Assembly: GCA_012295275.1 (NCBI GenBank)
Contig: CM022671.1
Location: forward strand, 32,736,001 to 32,800,000
Origin: Chrysomallon squamiferum
Taxonomy: Eukaryota > Animalia > Mollusca
DNA length: 64,000 bases
Direction: 5' to 3'
Each line of letters starts with the position of its first letter. The stretch's first letter is position 1. A program made the position numbers and the translations under genes. Of this stretch, positions 46,017 to 61,517 are shown piece by piece. The notes under the pieces were generated by a model. That model was not told where the DNA came from and searched no databases. It saw nothing but the letters and a program-made list of their open reading frames with translations.

Positions 46017-48689
46017 GTAATACGAAGAAGAAGATGACGAAGAAGAAAGAACAATAAGGAGAAGGAGGAGGCTGAAGACATAACAGTAGAATTTCTAATA
46101 GTATCAAAATGAACAATATAATCAAGTCAATATATATATATATATATATAAGATATATATAAGATATGAACTAGATGTGAACTAACCATCAGAACACCAG
46201 CCTCCTCTCGAAAAAAAGAAACTAAAAAATGTGAAAAGTTGCGAGACGCAGAATACAAACCTAACTTACGTTATGACGATAATGTCGTTTTGAGATCTGG
46301 ATGTGGAATTTCTGGGATACCATGTAGAGATGATGATCTTTATAGTTTAGACTACAATACGAATTGTATAACTTTTGAAGAATTAATCGTCCGAAACAGC
46401 TAGATAAAAGCATATTATGCTCCAAAATAAATAGTAAATTACATTTAGCGAAATATTAAATTGTACACAAAAGATGGTTAAAACCATTGTTTTCACAAAT
46501 AAAGTATTCTGTTTTTCACATAATTATTAACACTATGTTTGTCTCTCTGAAGGTAAACTGACAACACCACATATGGACTAAGATTATTGTTTTTCTAAAT
46601 TTCTTCTAAATACATTTTGTTGCAAATAATGAATAGATTTTGAAACAGTAGTAAAAAATCGAATCTATGTTGTTTCCATCACTTCACTGTTGATTGTCAA
46701 ACTGTTTTCAGTTCAATTTGTTTTCTGTTTGTTAACTGTGATCTGGAAAATACTAAATGAAATTATATGAATTAAACTATTTGATCATAAACTCTTTTTA
46801 GATACACTGTAATTGTAGATGTCTTGTGTGGCTTGATCAAACATCCGTTTAATGAAATATTATCTGATTTATTTTGGTTTTGCATTCCATTAATTATTTT
46901 GTAGTAATCTGTAATAAAAAAATTATAACAGTCGACTTGACAGGAAATATATATTATCTTTTTAAAAGAAATTCGATTCCTCTGTATTGCATCATGTAAA
47001 TAAAAATAATTTTTAGAACTTTGTATATGCATGATTTGATAATGTGAAAAATTGTTTTCCGTACATTGGGCTGTAAAAGCCTTTACATTTCATAAAAAGA
47101 TGTATACATTTATACTAATCAAAAACAAAATGGAACTAGGTAACATGTGTTTCTGTAGGTTACTTAAATACATTTCAAAAACACTTCGCCTGAATGGGTC
47201 TTTAAATTTGAAATACTGAAATGTAAGACAGAATCGGCTACCAGCTAGTTCATACATACACACCCAAACATCATGATGCAAAAACTCTTTTGTGAGAGAA
47301 AAATAAAACAGATAATGAATAACTGATAGACGAATTCTGAACCGTTATATTCATTGTTTCTTCTATTTTGATATTTATTTATTTGTTTATATTAATTCAA
47401 AAGTTTGTGATATGTTTTGGCGAGAAACCTAGATATTTGAACATTGAACAAAACCTGTTTTCGTGTTGACATTTATTTCGTTTTAAAGTCTTCCTTCTAT
47501 TTCATTCTTTTTTCCCTTAACCAAACACTTTCTAGTGTTTCTGTTTCCGGTGTGTCCGAGTTAACGTCCAGGGAAGACACGAAGTTGGGAAGTAACAGAT
47601 GGTTAGTATGTTGTTTGTTTAATTCACTATATCTGAAATCAGTTCACGATAGAAACAACTTTATTAATCGTCTACTGGAAATAATGATAACGTCCAAATA
47701 GTTAAAGAGACTCAGATACATCAGGGACACGTGTATGTATATATATAATATAGACACCGATAGTTGCCAAAATACAACAGATTTACATGCTGAGTACAGA
47801 GACAACGAGACACACGTGCAGCACAGACACACTATGATACTCAGTTAGCCAAGAATCAACATATAAAATAGAAAATCGTACATAGACAATTTGGCCATAC
47901 ATGGAAACAATATTCACAGTTAAATGAAATGATAATAGAAGAGGGAAACTAATAAACTATTATATATCTAAAGGAGTGAAGATCAGGTATTTTGACAATA
48001 GTGTATTCATGTACGCCTAGTTCAGAAGTTCGATTATACCTATGCAAATTCATAGGACAAATAACATTATTAAACCGATCTAGTTCTGTGTACATTTTAT
48101 TTATTTGGAAGGAGGCTTTTATTGTTGTTTTCTTTTATAAACATATGAAGCTCATATGAAGTTCGCCAAAACTGTTTGATGTTGATTTCTTACAAATATA
48201 AGTGAACAGACTCTACTATCGTATTTAAATTACTCACACGTTCTTATTCCTGGAAATTATTAATATGCAAAGCTCCCTTTTATCTATTTGTTCTTTCCGT
48301 TATATGAATGTTAATTAATTAGAAATACTAGCTGGGGACTGAACTGAAAACCGAAATACATTTTCAGTATTAATCTTTAGAGATTTGTGAATTTACAATA
48401 TTTTACTGTTCTTTTAATGTGTGCAGTTCTTACTATATTTTACTTTCATTTTAATGCGTGCAGAATTTACTATACTTTACTTTTTATTTAATTGGTGCAG
48501 TTCTTCCTGTAATGATCTGGTTTGTAATAAACTTGGTTTTGTTGTTGCTTTCATATCTTAATAAAGTGAAAACAACAGTACCAATTATAAAAAAAATAAT
48601 GTAGGCAACATGTCGTCGACATCTGGTATTTTCATGCACAAGTTGTTTTTGTGAAATAGTTCGCCTGCCAAATTAGCAAAATTAAACCT

Positions 48690-48990
48690 GTCATTCAACA
48701 TGACAACGCTAGACCTTATACCGCTAGGCCAACAACCAATTTTCTTGAGTGGAACCACATCCAAGTGTTGAACTGGCCACCAAAGTCCCCTGACTTGTCC
48801 CCAACTGAGCATGCATGGGTCCTACTGGGCTGTAGGGTTCGCAAAAACCATCCTCATATCCTTAATGTCCATGACCTACAAACTGCTCTGAACCGGAAAT
48901 CACTGTTCCTGACATCAAAGATCTCGTTAGAAGCACGAGACGACGATGTACTGCTGTCAGCAATGCCGCTGGTGCAAACACACATATTGT
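48690..48990 (+). mobile_element. Tc1-like transposase C-terminal (DDE) relic
   Basis: QHDNARPYTAR..FL..NHIQVLNWPPKSPDLSPTEHAWVLLG matches the Tc1 QDNA..WP..SPDLNPIE.W motifs. Confidence 0.88.
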
Positions 48991-49146
48991 TGAGCCTCCC
49001 TCACCATTTTGTTAGATGTACATTAAAGTGACGACGTGACAATATTCTGAAATGTTGTATCAGTCAAATAATTTGTACAAATAAATTCAACATCCGATCA
49101 GGTTGTCTGTATTTTATATCTTGTACGTAATTGCTAAACTTATTTG

Positions 49147-49197
<51 letters not shown>

Positions 49198-51639
49198 ATC
49201 AACAGACATACATAACTACCTACCTACCTGTCGTCCTACTTATCTACTTACCTACCAAACCACCTGTCACTGTGCTTCCTTGCTTACCTATATATATATA
49301 TATATAATTATAAATAAAAAATGTAATGATACATAAATTCATAATTAAAGATGCATGCATATACACATAGAAGCATACCTACAAACATATATACATAAAT
49401 ACATACATACATACATACATGGATTAGGAGATAAGTACGAACGTATACTTACGCATCTATACCTTTATCAGTACCTGAATATATGTTCCATCAATGACAT
49501 AAGATACCAGTTCAGTTAGTTGTACTCGGATTTGTTGAGATTAGCAAGTCTTAAAGTATTTTCAGTAAGAATGTCGACTTTTCAAGGAGAACGACTCCTA
49601 CCGTAATAGTCGAATCTGTTTTCTACAACTGCAACAAGTACAACAGCTACAAAAGCAACAATAATAATAATAAATACAGAAAAATACTAAAATACTTTTA
49701 CGATACGTAATTCTAAATATGTTCAGATCATAAAGTTTAATATAATATGAGAAAATTCATTTTAGAGAATTCATTTCTCATATGATGATTACATACTAAA
49801 TTATTCTGACAGCTTAATTTAAACCAGAAGTAAAAAATAGGAAATTTAACTTATTCCTGTTACTACTCAATTGCAATTTCTTGATTATTGATTGATTTAG
49901 TTTTAGGAAGAGTTAGAGAGTACAACATCTCATCTGTTTATGTTTAGCTTGAAGAACGCAACTCAAGGAAACAAAAATTTAAGTTCTTGGAGAAGGTTGG
50001 GTTTCTTTAATATTACTATGAAAACGAACGAATAAAATTTCGATAAAAGCTTCCTGTGATGCAGAATCAGGGAAGATTATCAGTAGTCAGAAAAATTAAA
50101 TCTAGAAGGAAAAATGATCCTGAATTAAAATCAGGAGAAGATTGAATAAAATACCTTCAACGGAGAGGAAACAGACAATTACGTGTTTGTCTAAGAATGT
50201 ATTTGTGATGAAGCGGAAAATTTGTCCAGTCTTACTATGAGCAGGTCTCTCAAATGATTTGCCGTTTCCGATAGGTTTGTGCAAGAAAGTTCAATGTCAT
50301 GAAAGAATATTGCCGACGTAAAATTCAAGAATTCTAATTAGTCGAATGAAATGATTTGTAGATGCTCGAGGAAATTATGTTCATTATTAAAAAAAAAAAA
50401 AAACATTTTACTTATTAAACTTTAAGTGTAGTAAATTATTTTATTTAATTATGAAATGTACATTTTAGAAAAATTCGAAAGATTGACAGATTTTTAAAAA
50501 AATGTCCTTTTGTTTATTTATTTATTTTCATCGGGAGTGTAAATAAAAATATCTCTTTCATATGTTTTCTAGAAATACCAATTTAGTGATAACGACATCT
50601 TCATACATAAGTTAGTCGAATAATTTGTTGCTTTTTTCTTCTTCTTGATTAGTATAACGAGTGTAAGATTCAGTTTCAGAATTTGCTCCTTAAATTTAAT
50701 GGCAAAATCTTTAGCAGGCTGTAACGTTCTGAAATGAACTAAATCATAGCACTGGATGATTCTAGAAAGTTGGTAGATGTAATTTCATTGATGTGGAATG
50801 TTTTTCTCGCTCAAGACACATAGTGCAGATTACTGCCAAATGTTTGCTGAATTTTTGTTACATTGTGTAATGTGAAACAACATTTTATAGATATTATGGT
50901 GTACCTGTCTTTATCAAACTGCTTTCAAAGTATGTCTTTAATTTTTTGTTTTGTTTAGTTTGTTTGCAAAATAATTTATTATGAAGACGTTTTAAAATAT
51001 TACAATAGGAGTTGTCCCCCTTAGATTATTAGCATTCTTATTTTCATGGTCTTAAACACTTTAATGATGAAATATGGATATTTTATAAGATTGCTAATCG
51101 CAACAGATAAGGTTCAGTGATCAGGATTGGTTATGATGCACCCAGAAATGTTCATCCACTCATACTGTTGATGTGATCCACTTTGAGCTGGTAAAAAGTA
51201 AAGACTTGTTATCAGTCACAAAGGGTTAGCGTTTCACAAGAATAATGTACGGACCAATATTTACATCTACAAAGGCTGGTAGAACTTCCTGGTCCTTGTT
51301 ATTCTGCAGAACTTGCCTTAACTGATTAAGATCTATTCAGAACTTTGCACCAAATTCTAAAACAGCATAAGACATTGTAAGCTGTCAAAACTAAAGTCTC
51401 TGTATTCTTTTTATTCAAACAGTAAATAATTTTATACGACATTCGAAAGCTTGTGAACCATTTACTGGAAGGAATTAATAATAATAATGAAACCCTTACT
51501 ATTTGATTAAATAAAAAAACAAGTCTGCTTTTTTAATGATCATTTTTAAATTAAATTTTAAAATCCTTGAATTACAGGTATAGAAAGAGGTGACGATATT
51601 AAGAAAAATACAAAGTAGATAGATAGGAATGATAGATAC

Positions 51640-52050
51640 AAAAACAATGTCCAATACTTTCTCTTTGTTACTCAGTTGTCTCTGTGTATCCATCATTCCT
51701 ATCTATCTACTTTCTTACTATCTACTTTGTGTTTTTCTTAATATCGTCACCTCTCTCTATCCCTGTAATTCAGGCTGCAATAATGGGATGACAATGAAAT
51801 ATTAAATATTAGTATATTTATAACATACAAATTATATTTGACGTATTTAATAATTATAACATGTATTACAATGTTTATTTTATTAATAAATGCTAAAAAA
51901 AAAATAAAAAATAAGAATAAGACATAAAAGAAATAATAATAGTAAAATAATTTTTAAATATCGTAGAAGAAACAAACAAAAAAGAAAGAAATAAAAGGAA
52001 AAGAAAGAGAACTTACTTCATTGCGTTTCTCCTATAAGGACCGATCGTCT
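51640..52050 (-). pseudogene. Array remnant: 3' end of exon 3 plus intron 3 only
   Basis: ..TIGPYRRNAMK|GTAAGT at about 52017-52050 matches PYKKHGMK|GT of copy H. It is followed by paralogous intron-3 sequence; exons 1, 2 and 4 are absent. Confidence 0.7.
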
Positions 52051-52679
52051 TGCTCTTCTTGTTGCTGCTACTGTTGTTGTAGTTTTTGTCGTTGGTTAAA
52101 CATAATTATTAATTCATTATGAACAAATATTAGATAATAACAATGGGAGTTGTTCCCCTTGAATAGTCAACATTCTTATGTTAAGGACTGGAAATATTTA
52201 ATGATGAAATATGGATGCTTTATAATTTGCTAATCATCATAGATAATTCTTGAGTGTTGGCGAAATGTATTCTGTAATAGTTTTGTTACACGAACTTTAC
52301 ACCAAGACGTAAAAGTTAATAATACATTCTAAGAGGTGAAAACTAAATTCCTGTATTCTTTTCTTTCAGACAGCTGAAGGTGTTTTACTGTCTAACAAAC
52401 TTTTATGAGACAATCCTAGGGATCCGCTTCTTCAACATTACGAAGTTTTCCACTGATTTTATCTTAAGTAGCTGCATGCGTCAGATCTTTCCTAGCAATG
52501 GACCATCATCAGTTTCTGGTGTCTTGTCATTAGCAAAAAGAACAACCACTCTCTTCAAAATCAAGAGAGAAAATAATTTTTAAAAAAAGAACAAAAAAAG
52601 AAAGAAAGAAAGAAGAGAGAAACAAATAATCAAAGAAAACAACTAAATAGTAACAAATATGTAATAATAATAATAATAA

Positions 52680-52710
<31 letters not shown>

Positions 52711-52859
52711 AAAAATATAATAATAATAATAATAATAAAAATAGTAATAATAATAATGAGTATGTTTTGTACATTTGCAAAATAATTAACAAAAAGAAAA
52801 CTGTATATTTACATAATAGTTATTTTAGATAAGTAATATTAATGCTCTGACGTTCACTG

Positions 52860-53910
52860 AACTATAACAATTCATAGTGAAACTTTCTTTTAATGTAAAT
52901 AATGACTTCATTTATAAATAGCTGTGAATGACTTGAATAGCTTTTAGAAACTGTTGTGAATAACGTTGAATTGATTATTCTGTACTGTATCGAAACAAAA
53001 TTCATAACTGTGTAACTCTGCACAATAAATTGATTATGTGCAGTATTTTCGATTGTTTTCTCTTTCGTTTTCCAAAATCGACTGTTACTGTCGCTTTGAC
53101 ATAAATTCAACAGCGAATGATACTGTCTGCCTGCATATTTTTGGTACAGATTCAGACATAATTCTCCAGAGTTAAAAGCAACTGACTAGATGTCTATAGT
53201 GGTCTGTTGATGTATACAGGTTAGATTTAGAACTTTTAGAAACGAAAGAAAATAAATTTTGGTTTTAATAGGTAATGTTTATGCACCGCAAGGCTTTCAC
53301 TCGTTAACAACTCTGACGTTTCGGGGGACTTGGTAAAGACATTAGAAGATGAGTCATTTCGGGTATTATTAATGTTTTAAGAATTGTTACGTTACCTAAT
53401 ACTGTAAACTTCCTGAATGACCAAATGTTAATCACCTTCTTAATTTGCTGGAATTTAGAATGAAAACTAGATTCTATTATCTCATTTAAATTTAAAGTAA
53501 AATTGATACGAAGCAAACTAAACTGGTTTAAACCCCATTCTGACATCCAACGAGTATGGTGACAAATATCATTAGAATATTTTCACTGCCTATCCAAAAG
53601 ACTTTAGACTTAATATAGTTAATTTTTAGGCTTTCAAATGTCGGCTTAAAAATCAAGTTTTCTCGTTGTATTGTTCAGGGATTTAGGAGATCTATCAAGA
53701 ATGGTGTCATCAGCATAGTGTGATACTAAATATTCGGTACCATCAATGGTGATCCATTTAATATCCTTTTTGTTTCTCATTAAAATACTTGAAGTTTCGG
53801 CGCATCAAAAACATAGGGTTACAGAGAGCATTCTTGTCTGCCTAATCTTTGCAGCTTAAACGTTTCTGAAATATAACCATTTGCTATCACTCTGGAAAAT
53901 GAATATTTTA
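52860..53910 (-). mobile_element. Degenerate LINE (L1/Tx1-like) reverse transcriptase fragment
   Basis: GTEYLVSHYADDT (YADD at ~53706-53717), followed by KSKVFWIGS..IKKVINIWSFRKFTVLGNVTILKTLIIPEMTHLLMSLPSPP; multiple frameshifts. Confidence 0.85.
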
Positions 53911-54309
53911 AAAGTTGAAAATATTTGTTGTTTATTTTGTAAATAATCATTTAAATAATCTTTTGTAATAGTTTGACCTAGTTTTTGATATGCTACACAC
54001 ATTGTTTTCACAAATAAAGTATTCTGCTTTTCACATAATTATTAAAACTATATTTGTTTCTCTGAAGCTAAACTGACAGCATCACAGATGGCAATGAGAT
54101 GATTGTTTTTATAAATTTCTACTGAAAACTTTAGGTTACAAATAACGAACAGATTTTGAAATGGTAGTAAAAAATCGAATCCATGTTGTTTCCGCAACTT
54201 CACACTCAAAATCCTCTAAATTTACTTTAATGAAAACTTTATTCACTGTTAATATTCTTAATAACTTGTCATAAAAGTAGTTTAATATTCTTGTTAAAGT
54301 TATTATTAC

Positions 54310-54397
<88 letters not shown>

Positions 54398-55017
54398 GGT
54401 GTTGCTCTAGTTTTCATTGCTACTGACAACAATAATTTATTATGAACACTGTTTAAAATAAGACGATAGGATTTGTCCCCTAATGTCCGGACCCATGCAT
54501 ACATATTTACATCTACGAAGGCTGAAACAGTGGGAGAAATTCCAGATCTTCTTTCTTCTCCAGAACCTGCCTCAACTGATTAAGATCTATCAGAACTTGC
54601 ACCAAGTTGTAAAACCGCATAAAACAATGTATAATTACCGAAATTAAATTTTCTGTATTTTTTTTCTTCAAACACCAAGTAATTTTCTGGATGTGACATT
54701 AAAAAACTTGTGAATGATTTGCAGCAAGTACGTATTAATAATAAAAAAACCTCGTTATTATCTGATTAAATAAAACGATACACACAATTTGTGAATGAAC
54801 AGTGTTTTTGGCAAGGCGTTTCGAATTTTAAAAATGACAGTCAAAATCCAAAGGTTATATTCCGTAAATGTTATTAACCAGTCGGAAATGGTCAAGAACA
54901 TCATGTTTCTATGTCTTTTCTTTAGTATTCAGCATTATCGATCATCTTAGTAGAAACAAAAAAAAAAAAATAATAATAATAAATAAAATAAAAAAAAATA
55001 ATAATAATAAAAAAAAA

Positions 55018-55082
<65 letters not shown>

Positions 55083-55217
55083 CAATAATAATCTGTTGGA
55101 TCTGCTGAATTTAGTATTACATTTTTCAATTTTTAAAATTAAATGAAGATAAACAAAAATTAAGAACAGTATGAGCAGTTTCAAATCTTTATTTGCTTTT
55201 CAAGGCGATACTTGTCT

Positions 55218-56020
55218 TTAGCTCTTGTAGAAGTATCTGTGCAGGAGTACTGCTCGACTTTTTCTGTCATAAGACTGACTCGTTACAATGTAGTATGTTT
55301 TCCATTTCTGCAGAGCTACTGATCGATGACCTTTTAGGCGACCTCTGAAAATAAAATTAGAATGATCACTGTTTAATTATTTTATTAAATCCTGGTTATA
55401 GTTAAACACAAACAATGTCCAAGACTTTGTCTCTGTCACTCAGCTGTTTCTGTGTATCCATCATCCCTATCTGTCTACTTTCTTACTATCTACTTTGTAT
55501 TTGTCTGAATATCGTCTAATTGAGGCTGCAATAATGGGTTGATAATAAAGTATTAAATGTTTATTGATAACACACAAATTATTTTTGACGTATTATTTAA
55601 TAAATATAACACGTTATTGCTATGTTTATATATTTTAAAAATGCTAAAAAAACAGTAAAATAATTTTAAAATATGAGATAACAAAAAAACAAATAAACAA
55701 AACAAAAAAAAAAAAAACCTGAAAAAAAAAATAAGAAAAAGAACTTACATCATTCCGATTTTCTTATACGGATAAATATAGAGGAAACGGTAACCATAGA
55801 ATCGCTTTAGTGCAGCACATTGACCTCCTTTTTCATGCCTCGTTATCAAAACAACCTTGATTCGGTAACCATTTATTGTTTTGTAGAAAACTTAAAACAA
55901 AACAGAATAACATTATTAAATAAACTAATTAAAAAAAAAAAAAAACACTAGAATTAAATACCATAATTCAAGATATTTAGACATTATATATATGTGTACA
56001 CACACAGGCACACAAGCGCG

Positions 56021-56070
<50 letters not shown>

Positions 56071-56370
56071 TGCACACAATAAACCTATTATATTTTTATA
56101 ACTATTTTCATATGAACGAAGTAGTACTATTTTACTATTTATGGTACCTCTTTTGCCTTCTTCTGAACGCGTTTCCCTGTTTAGAATTTCATCTGTTATT
56201 TCGTCACCATTCTCTTCAGCATCACGTTTTTCAGAGATTTTATCATCACTAATAGCACGGGCCAACAATTTCTCAGTTAGGGAGCCTTCGCTATCGTCTT
56301 TTTCACCTTCCTTAGCGTTAGTGAAAACAATAGCTACAGATAACACCACCACGAGGAACAGTAGCTTCAT
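55218..56370 (-). CDS. Array copy I (163 aa), cationic secreted protein precursor
   Basis: Exons 56370-56148, 55890-55749 and 55344-55218. Mature part: RETR|SEEGKRVFYKTINGYRIKVVLITRHEKGGQCAALKRFYGYRFLYIYPYKKIGMIGRLKGHRSVALQKWKTYYIVTSQSYDRKSRAVLLHRYFYKS*. Confidence 0.9.
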
Positions 56371-56545
56371 GTTCAGCTTTCTGGCTAAAAAATACTGAGT
56401 GTGGTAGACAAATGTTCCAATAAACAAATAAACAAATAAATAAATAATTATACAGCCTCTTCAATAGCATATGTATATTAAATAAAATACACACGTAAAC
56501 AGATATCAGGCTGCAGTGATTGGTGATGAATAGAGCATCGTCATT

Positions 56546-56589
<44 letters not shown>

Positions 56590-56702
56590 GAAGAAAAAGA
56601 TGATGAAGAAGAAAGAACAATAAGGAGAAAAAGAGGAAAAAGGAGGCTGAAGACGTAACAGTAGAGATTTCTAACAGTATCAAAATGAACAATATATCAA
56701 AT

Positions 56703-56763
<61 letters not shown>

Positions 56764-59241
56764 ATATGAACCAGATGTGAACTAACCATCAGAACACCAA
56801 TCTCCTTTCGAAAAAAGAAACTAAAAAATGTGAAAAGCTGCGAGACGCAGAATACAAACCTAACTTACGTTATGACGATAATGTCGTTTTAAGATCTGGA
56901 TGAGGAATTTCTGGGATGCCATGTAGATCTTTATAGTTTAGATTACAATACGAATTTATTATCCAAAACATCTAGATAAAAACATATTATGCTCCAAACT
57001 AAATAGTAAATTACATTTAGCGACATGTAAAATTGTACACAAAAGATGGTTAAAAACATTGTTTTCAGAAATAAATTATTCTGTTTTTCACATAATTATT
57101 ACTATTATGTTTGTCTTTCTGAAGCTAAACTGATAGCATCACAGATGGCAATGAGATGATTGTTTTTATAAATTCTACTGAAAATGTTTTGTTACAAATA
57201 ATGAATGGGTTTCCGCCACTTCATTGTCTATTGTAAATCTGTTTTCAGTTCGATTGGTTTTCTGTTTGTGTATTGTGATTCGAAAAATATTAAACGAATT
57301 TATATCAATTTAATAATTTCATTATAAACCCTTCTTAGATGCAATGTAATTGTAGACGTTTTTCGTTCCTTGGTCAAACCATCCGTTTTATGAAATACTA
57401 TCTGATTTATTTCCGTTTTCATTCCATTAATTACTTTCTTATAATCTGCAATTAAACATTTTATATAATCCTTTGGAAAGAAATCTGAGATATAAATGAT
57501 TCCTCTCTTTTGTACGATGTAAGAAAAATAATTTTTAGAAATTTGTATTTGTATGATTTGGACATTTGAAAAATGATTTTCCGTACATTGGGCTGTAAAA
57601 AACCTTTATAATTCATTAAAGTTGTATTGATGTATATTAATTATAAAAGCAAATAGAATTAATTAACATCTGTTTTTGTAGGTTACTAAACACATTTGAA
57701 AAGCACCTCGCTTGTATGAGTCTTTAAATTTGTATATTAAATACTCGAATACTGAAATGTAAGCCAGAATCGGCTACCAGCTAATTCAGATCCACCTCAT
57801 GATGCAAAGACTCTTTTGTGAGAGAGAAATAAAACAAATAATGAATAACTGATAGACGAATTCTGAGCTGTAATATTTATTGTTTCTTCTACTTTGATAT
57901 TTGTTTATTTGCTTATTTTTATTTTAGTTTTTTGAAAAAGTAGAACAAAACGATAATAAAAAAAAGACTTTCCGAAGTCGTGAAATAACAATCTCATGGT
58001 TAGCATGCTGTTTGTTTAATTCGTAATATCTGAAATCAGTTCACGTCAGAAACAAATTTATAGTTTTTACTGGAAATAATGGAAACGTGTCTAAATAGTT
58101 AAAGAGACATCAGTGACAAGTGTATGTACACGTGCGTGTATAATATAGAGAGACACCCGTAGTCGCCAAAATACAGCTGAGACACACACTGAGTACAGAG
58201 ACAACGAGACAGACACGTGTAGAACAGAGACACTATGAGACTCAGTTAGCCAAACATCAACATATCAAATACAGAATTGCTCACAGACGTAAACACTTTG
58301 CGATACATGTAAATGGATTTCATAAACGAAAATGAAAACATATTAACTGAAATCATTATAATCATAGTGCACAATTTAATAATCGTTCGGTGATACCTAT
58401 GCAAATTCACAGGACAAAATTACATTATTAAACCCGTCTACTTCTGTGTACATTTTATTTGTATGGAAGCAAGCTTTTCTTTTATAATTATTTGAAGCTG
58501 ATATGACGTTCGCCAAAATCGTTTCATGAAATTTCTTACAAAAAGAAGCTGAACACAGACCAAGACTGAATTTAAATGACTCGTTCTTATTCCTGAAAAT
58601 TATTAATATTAAAGTTCCTTTTATCTGTTTTTTTTTTCCGTTGTTTGTAGGTTTATTAATTAAATAATTATTTATTTATTTATTTCATTATTATTATTAT
58701 TATTATTATTTTATTATTATTATTATTAAAATGTGTAACAGAGCAGTCGAATTTTAAATAAGAAATATAATACAGGGACTGAATTGAAAACCAAAATACA
58801 TTTGTAATAAAAATATTTTGAGATTTGTGAATTTACTATATTTTACTTTTCTGAATTAGTGCAGTTCTTCCTATAATGATCTGGTTTGAATTAAACTTTG
58901 TTTTGTTGTTGCTTTCATATCTCAATAAAGTGAAAACAACAGAATCAATTACAAACATTAATGTAGGCAAACGTCGACATCTGCTATTTTCATGCACCAG
59001 TTGTTTTTGTGAAATAGTTTGCCTGGCAAATTAGTAAAATTAACAGCTCTCATTAATTACTTAAATATTTACGAACTAATCCATTCGGATGTTTGAAACA
59101 ATTAATAAAACAATAATGGCAGAAATATTCTATACCTTTTAATCTTTGTAATCTTTCATTATGGAAATACTTCCATCTGTTTCTTTATCCATATGTCTAT
59201 CTATCTCTGTCTCTATAACTATCTATCTATTTGTGTGTGAG

Positions 59242-59242
59242 T

Positions 59243-59275
<33 letters not shown>

Positions 59276-59278
59276 AAT

Positions 59279-59347
<69 letters not shown>

Positions 59348-59500
59348 TGTACAAAATACAAACACATATACATAACTATCTACCAATCTATTGTCCTACC
59401 TCTCTACTTACCTGCCAGTCTGCTTGCTTTCTTACGTACATACATTCATACATACATACAGACGTACATTCATACATTCATACATACATACATACATACA

Positions 59501-59534
<34 letters not shown>

Positions 59535-59630
59535 ACTACATACATATATACATACATACATACATATAAACATTCAAACATATAAACCATATACATACAT
59601 ACATATACATACATTCATACATTCATAGAT
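59242..59630. repeat. (GA)n and (ACAT)n microsatellites
   Basis: Directly visible. Confidence 0.9.
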
Positions 59631-60666
59631 ACATACGTCCATGGATGCGTAGATGGATTAGTAGATATGTACATCTATGCATACATACCTATATAAGTAC
59701 AGATATGCCAGTAGGTACATAAGATACGACTTGCATCAGTTGTCCTCTGATATATTTATAAAATGTGCAACAACCTTTGACAATCCACTATTGTTTTATT
59801 TGTTGGTTTTGTCGTGTTCTTAATGTATTATTTATTTCTCAGGCTTATAAATTGTTTAAATATATTTATTTTAGTGTTTTTATTTTTTTTTGTTACGCTT
59901 TGGGTTTGTTTTGATAAATAATATGAAATCATTAGTGTATCCATTTCATTCATAAATGTATTTTTATATTTCCATAAATTGTATCAGAAGGTTAGAATTT
60001 GATGCTTACAAACTCCATCACTTATACAACATGTAAAAGAAAAATGAGAATAGCCGCCATTTCCTTGTGCTTGTTGGTGTATTCGAGACATCTAAAACAT
60101 AGCAAGGAGTTTTTAGTTCAGACGGCCAAATACTCACCTAACTGCTTGTAGAACCGAACTTACGTGTATAAATAAATGAAATCATAAAAAGTACTTTATT
60201 AAAATACGCGAACTGCGTATTTTCATGCTGACGAATATTTTCCCTTTGGTTCTGTAGCGAAGATGTTTTCTTTTTCTTTTAATATTTTAATTTTGTTTTT
60301 ACAAAACTGATATATTCAATAATATTTTAGCATTGTTATGAGGATAAAAAATAATTTCATGTGTGGACCAGCACGATTTCTTTTTAATGATATAATTTAA
60401 AATTATAAATATCCACAAGATATAAAGACAACAGTTTATGGAAAGATGGTCAAAAACTGCTGAAGAAAATATCTATTTTGCTACCATTTCAAAATATATT
60501 TATTTCTGGCAACAAAACGTTTCCAGTGGAAATTTAAGAAACCATCATCCCAATGCTATTTGTGGTGCTATCAATTTAGTTCCAATATTATAAACAAATT
60601 ATTAATAATAATATGGGAAAAAATAGAACATTTTGTATTTTTTCTCATTTAGCCAGAAAGCTGAAC

Positions 60667-61344
<678 letters not shown>

Positions 61345-61345
<1 letters not shown>

Positions 61346-61422
61346 TCAAGACTATGGCGTTGTTTGTGTTTAGATATCCTCTGAAAATATTAATGTAGTC
61401 ATATATTTAATTATTGCTTTTG

Positions 61423-61517
<95 letters not shown>

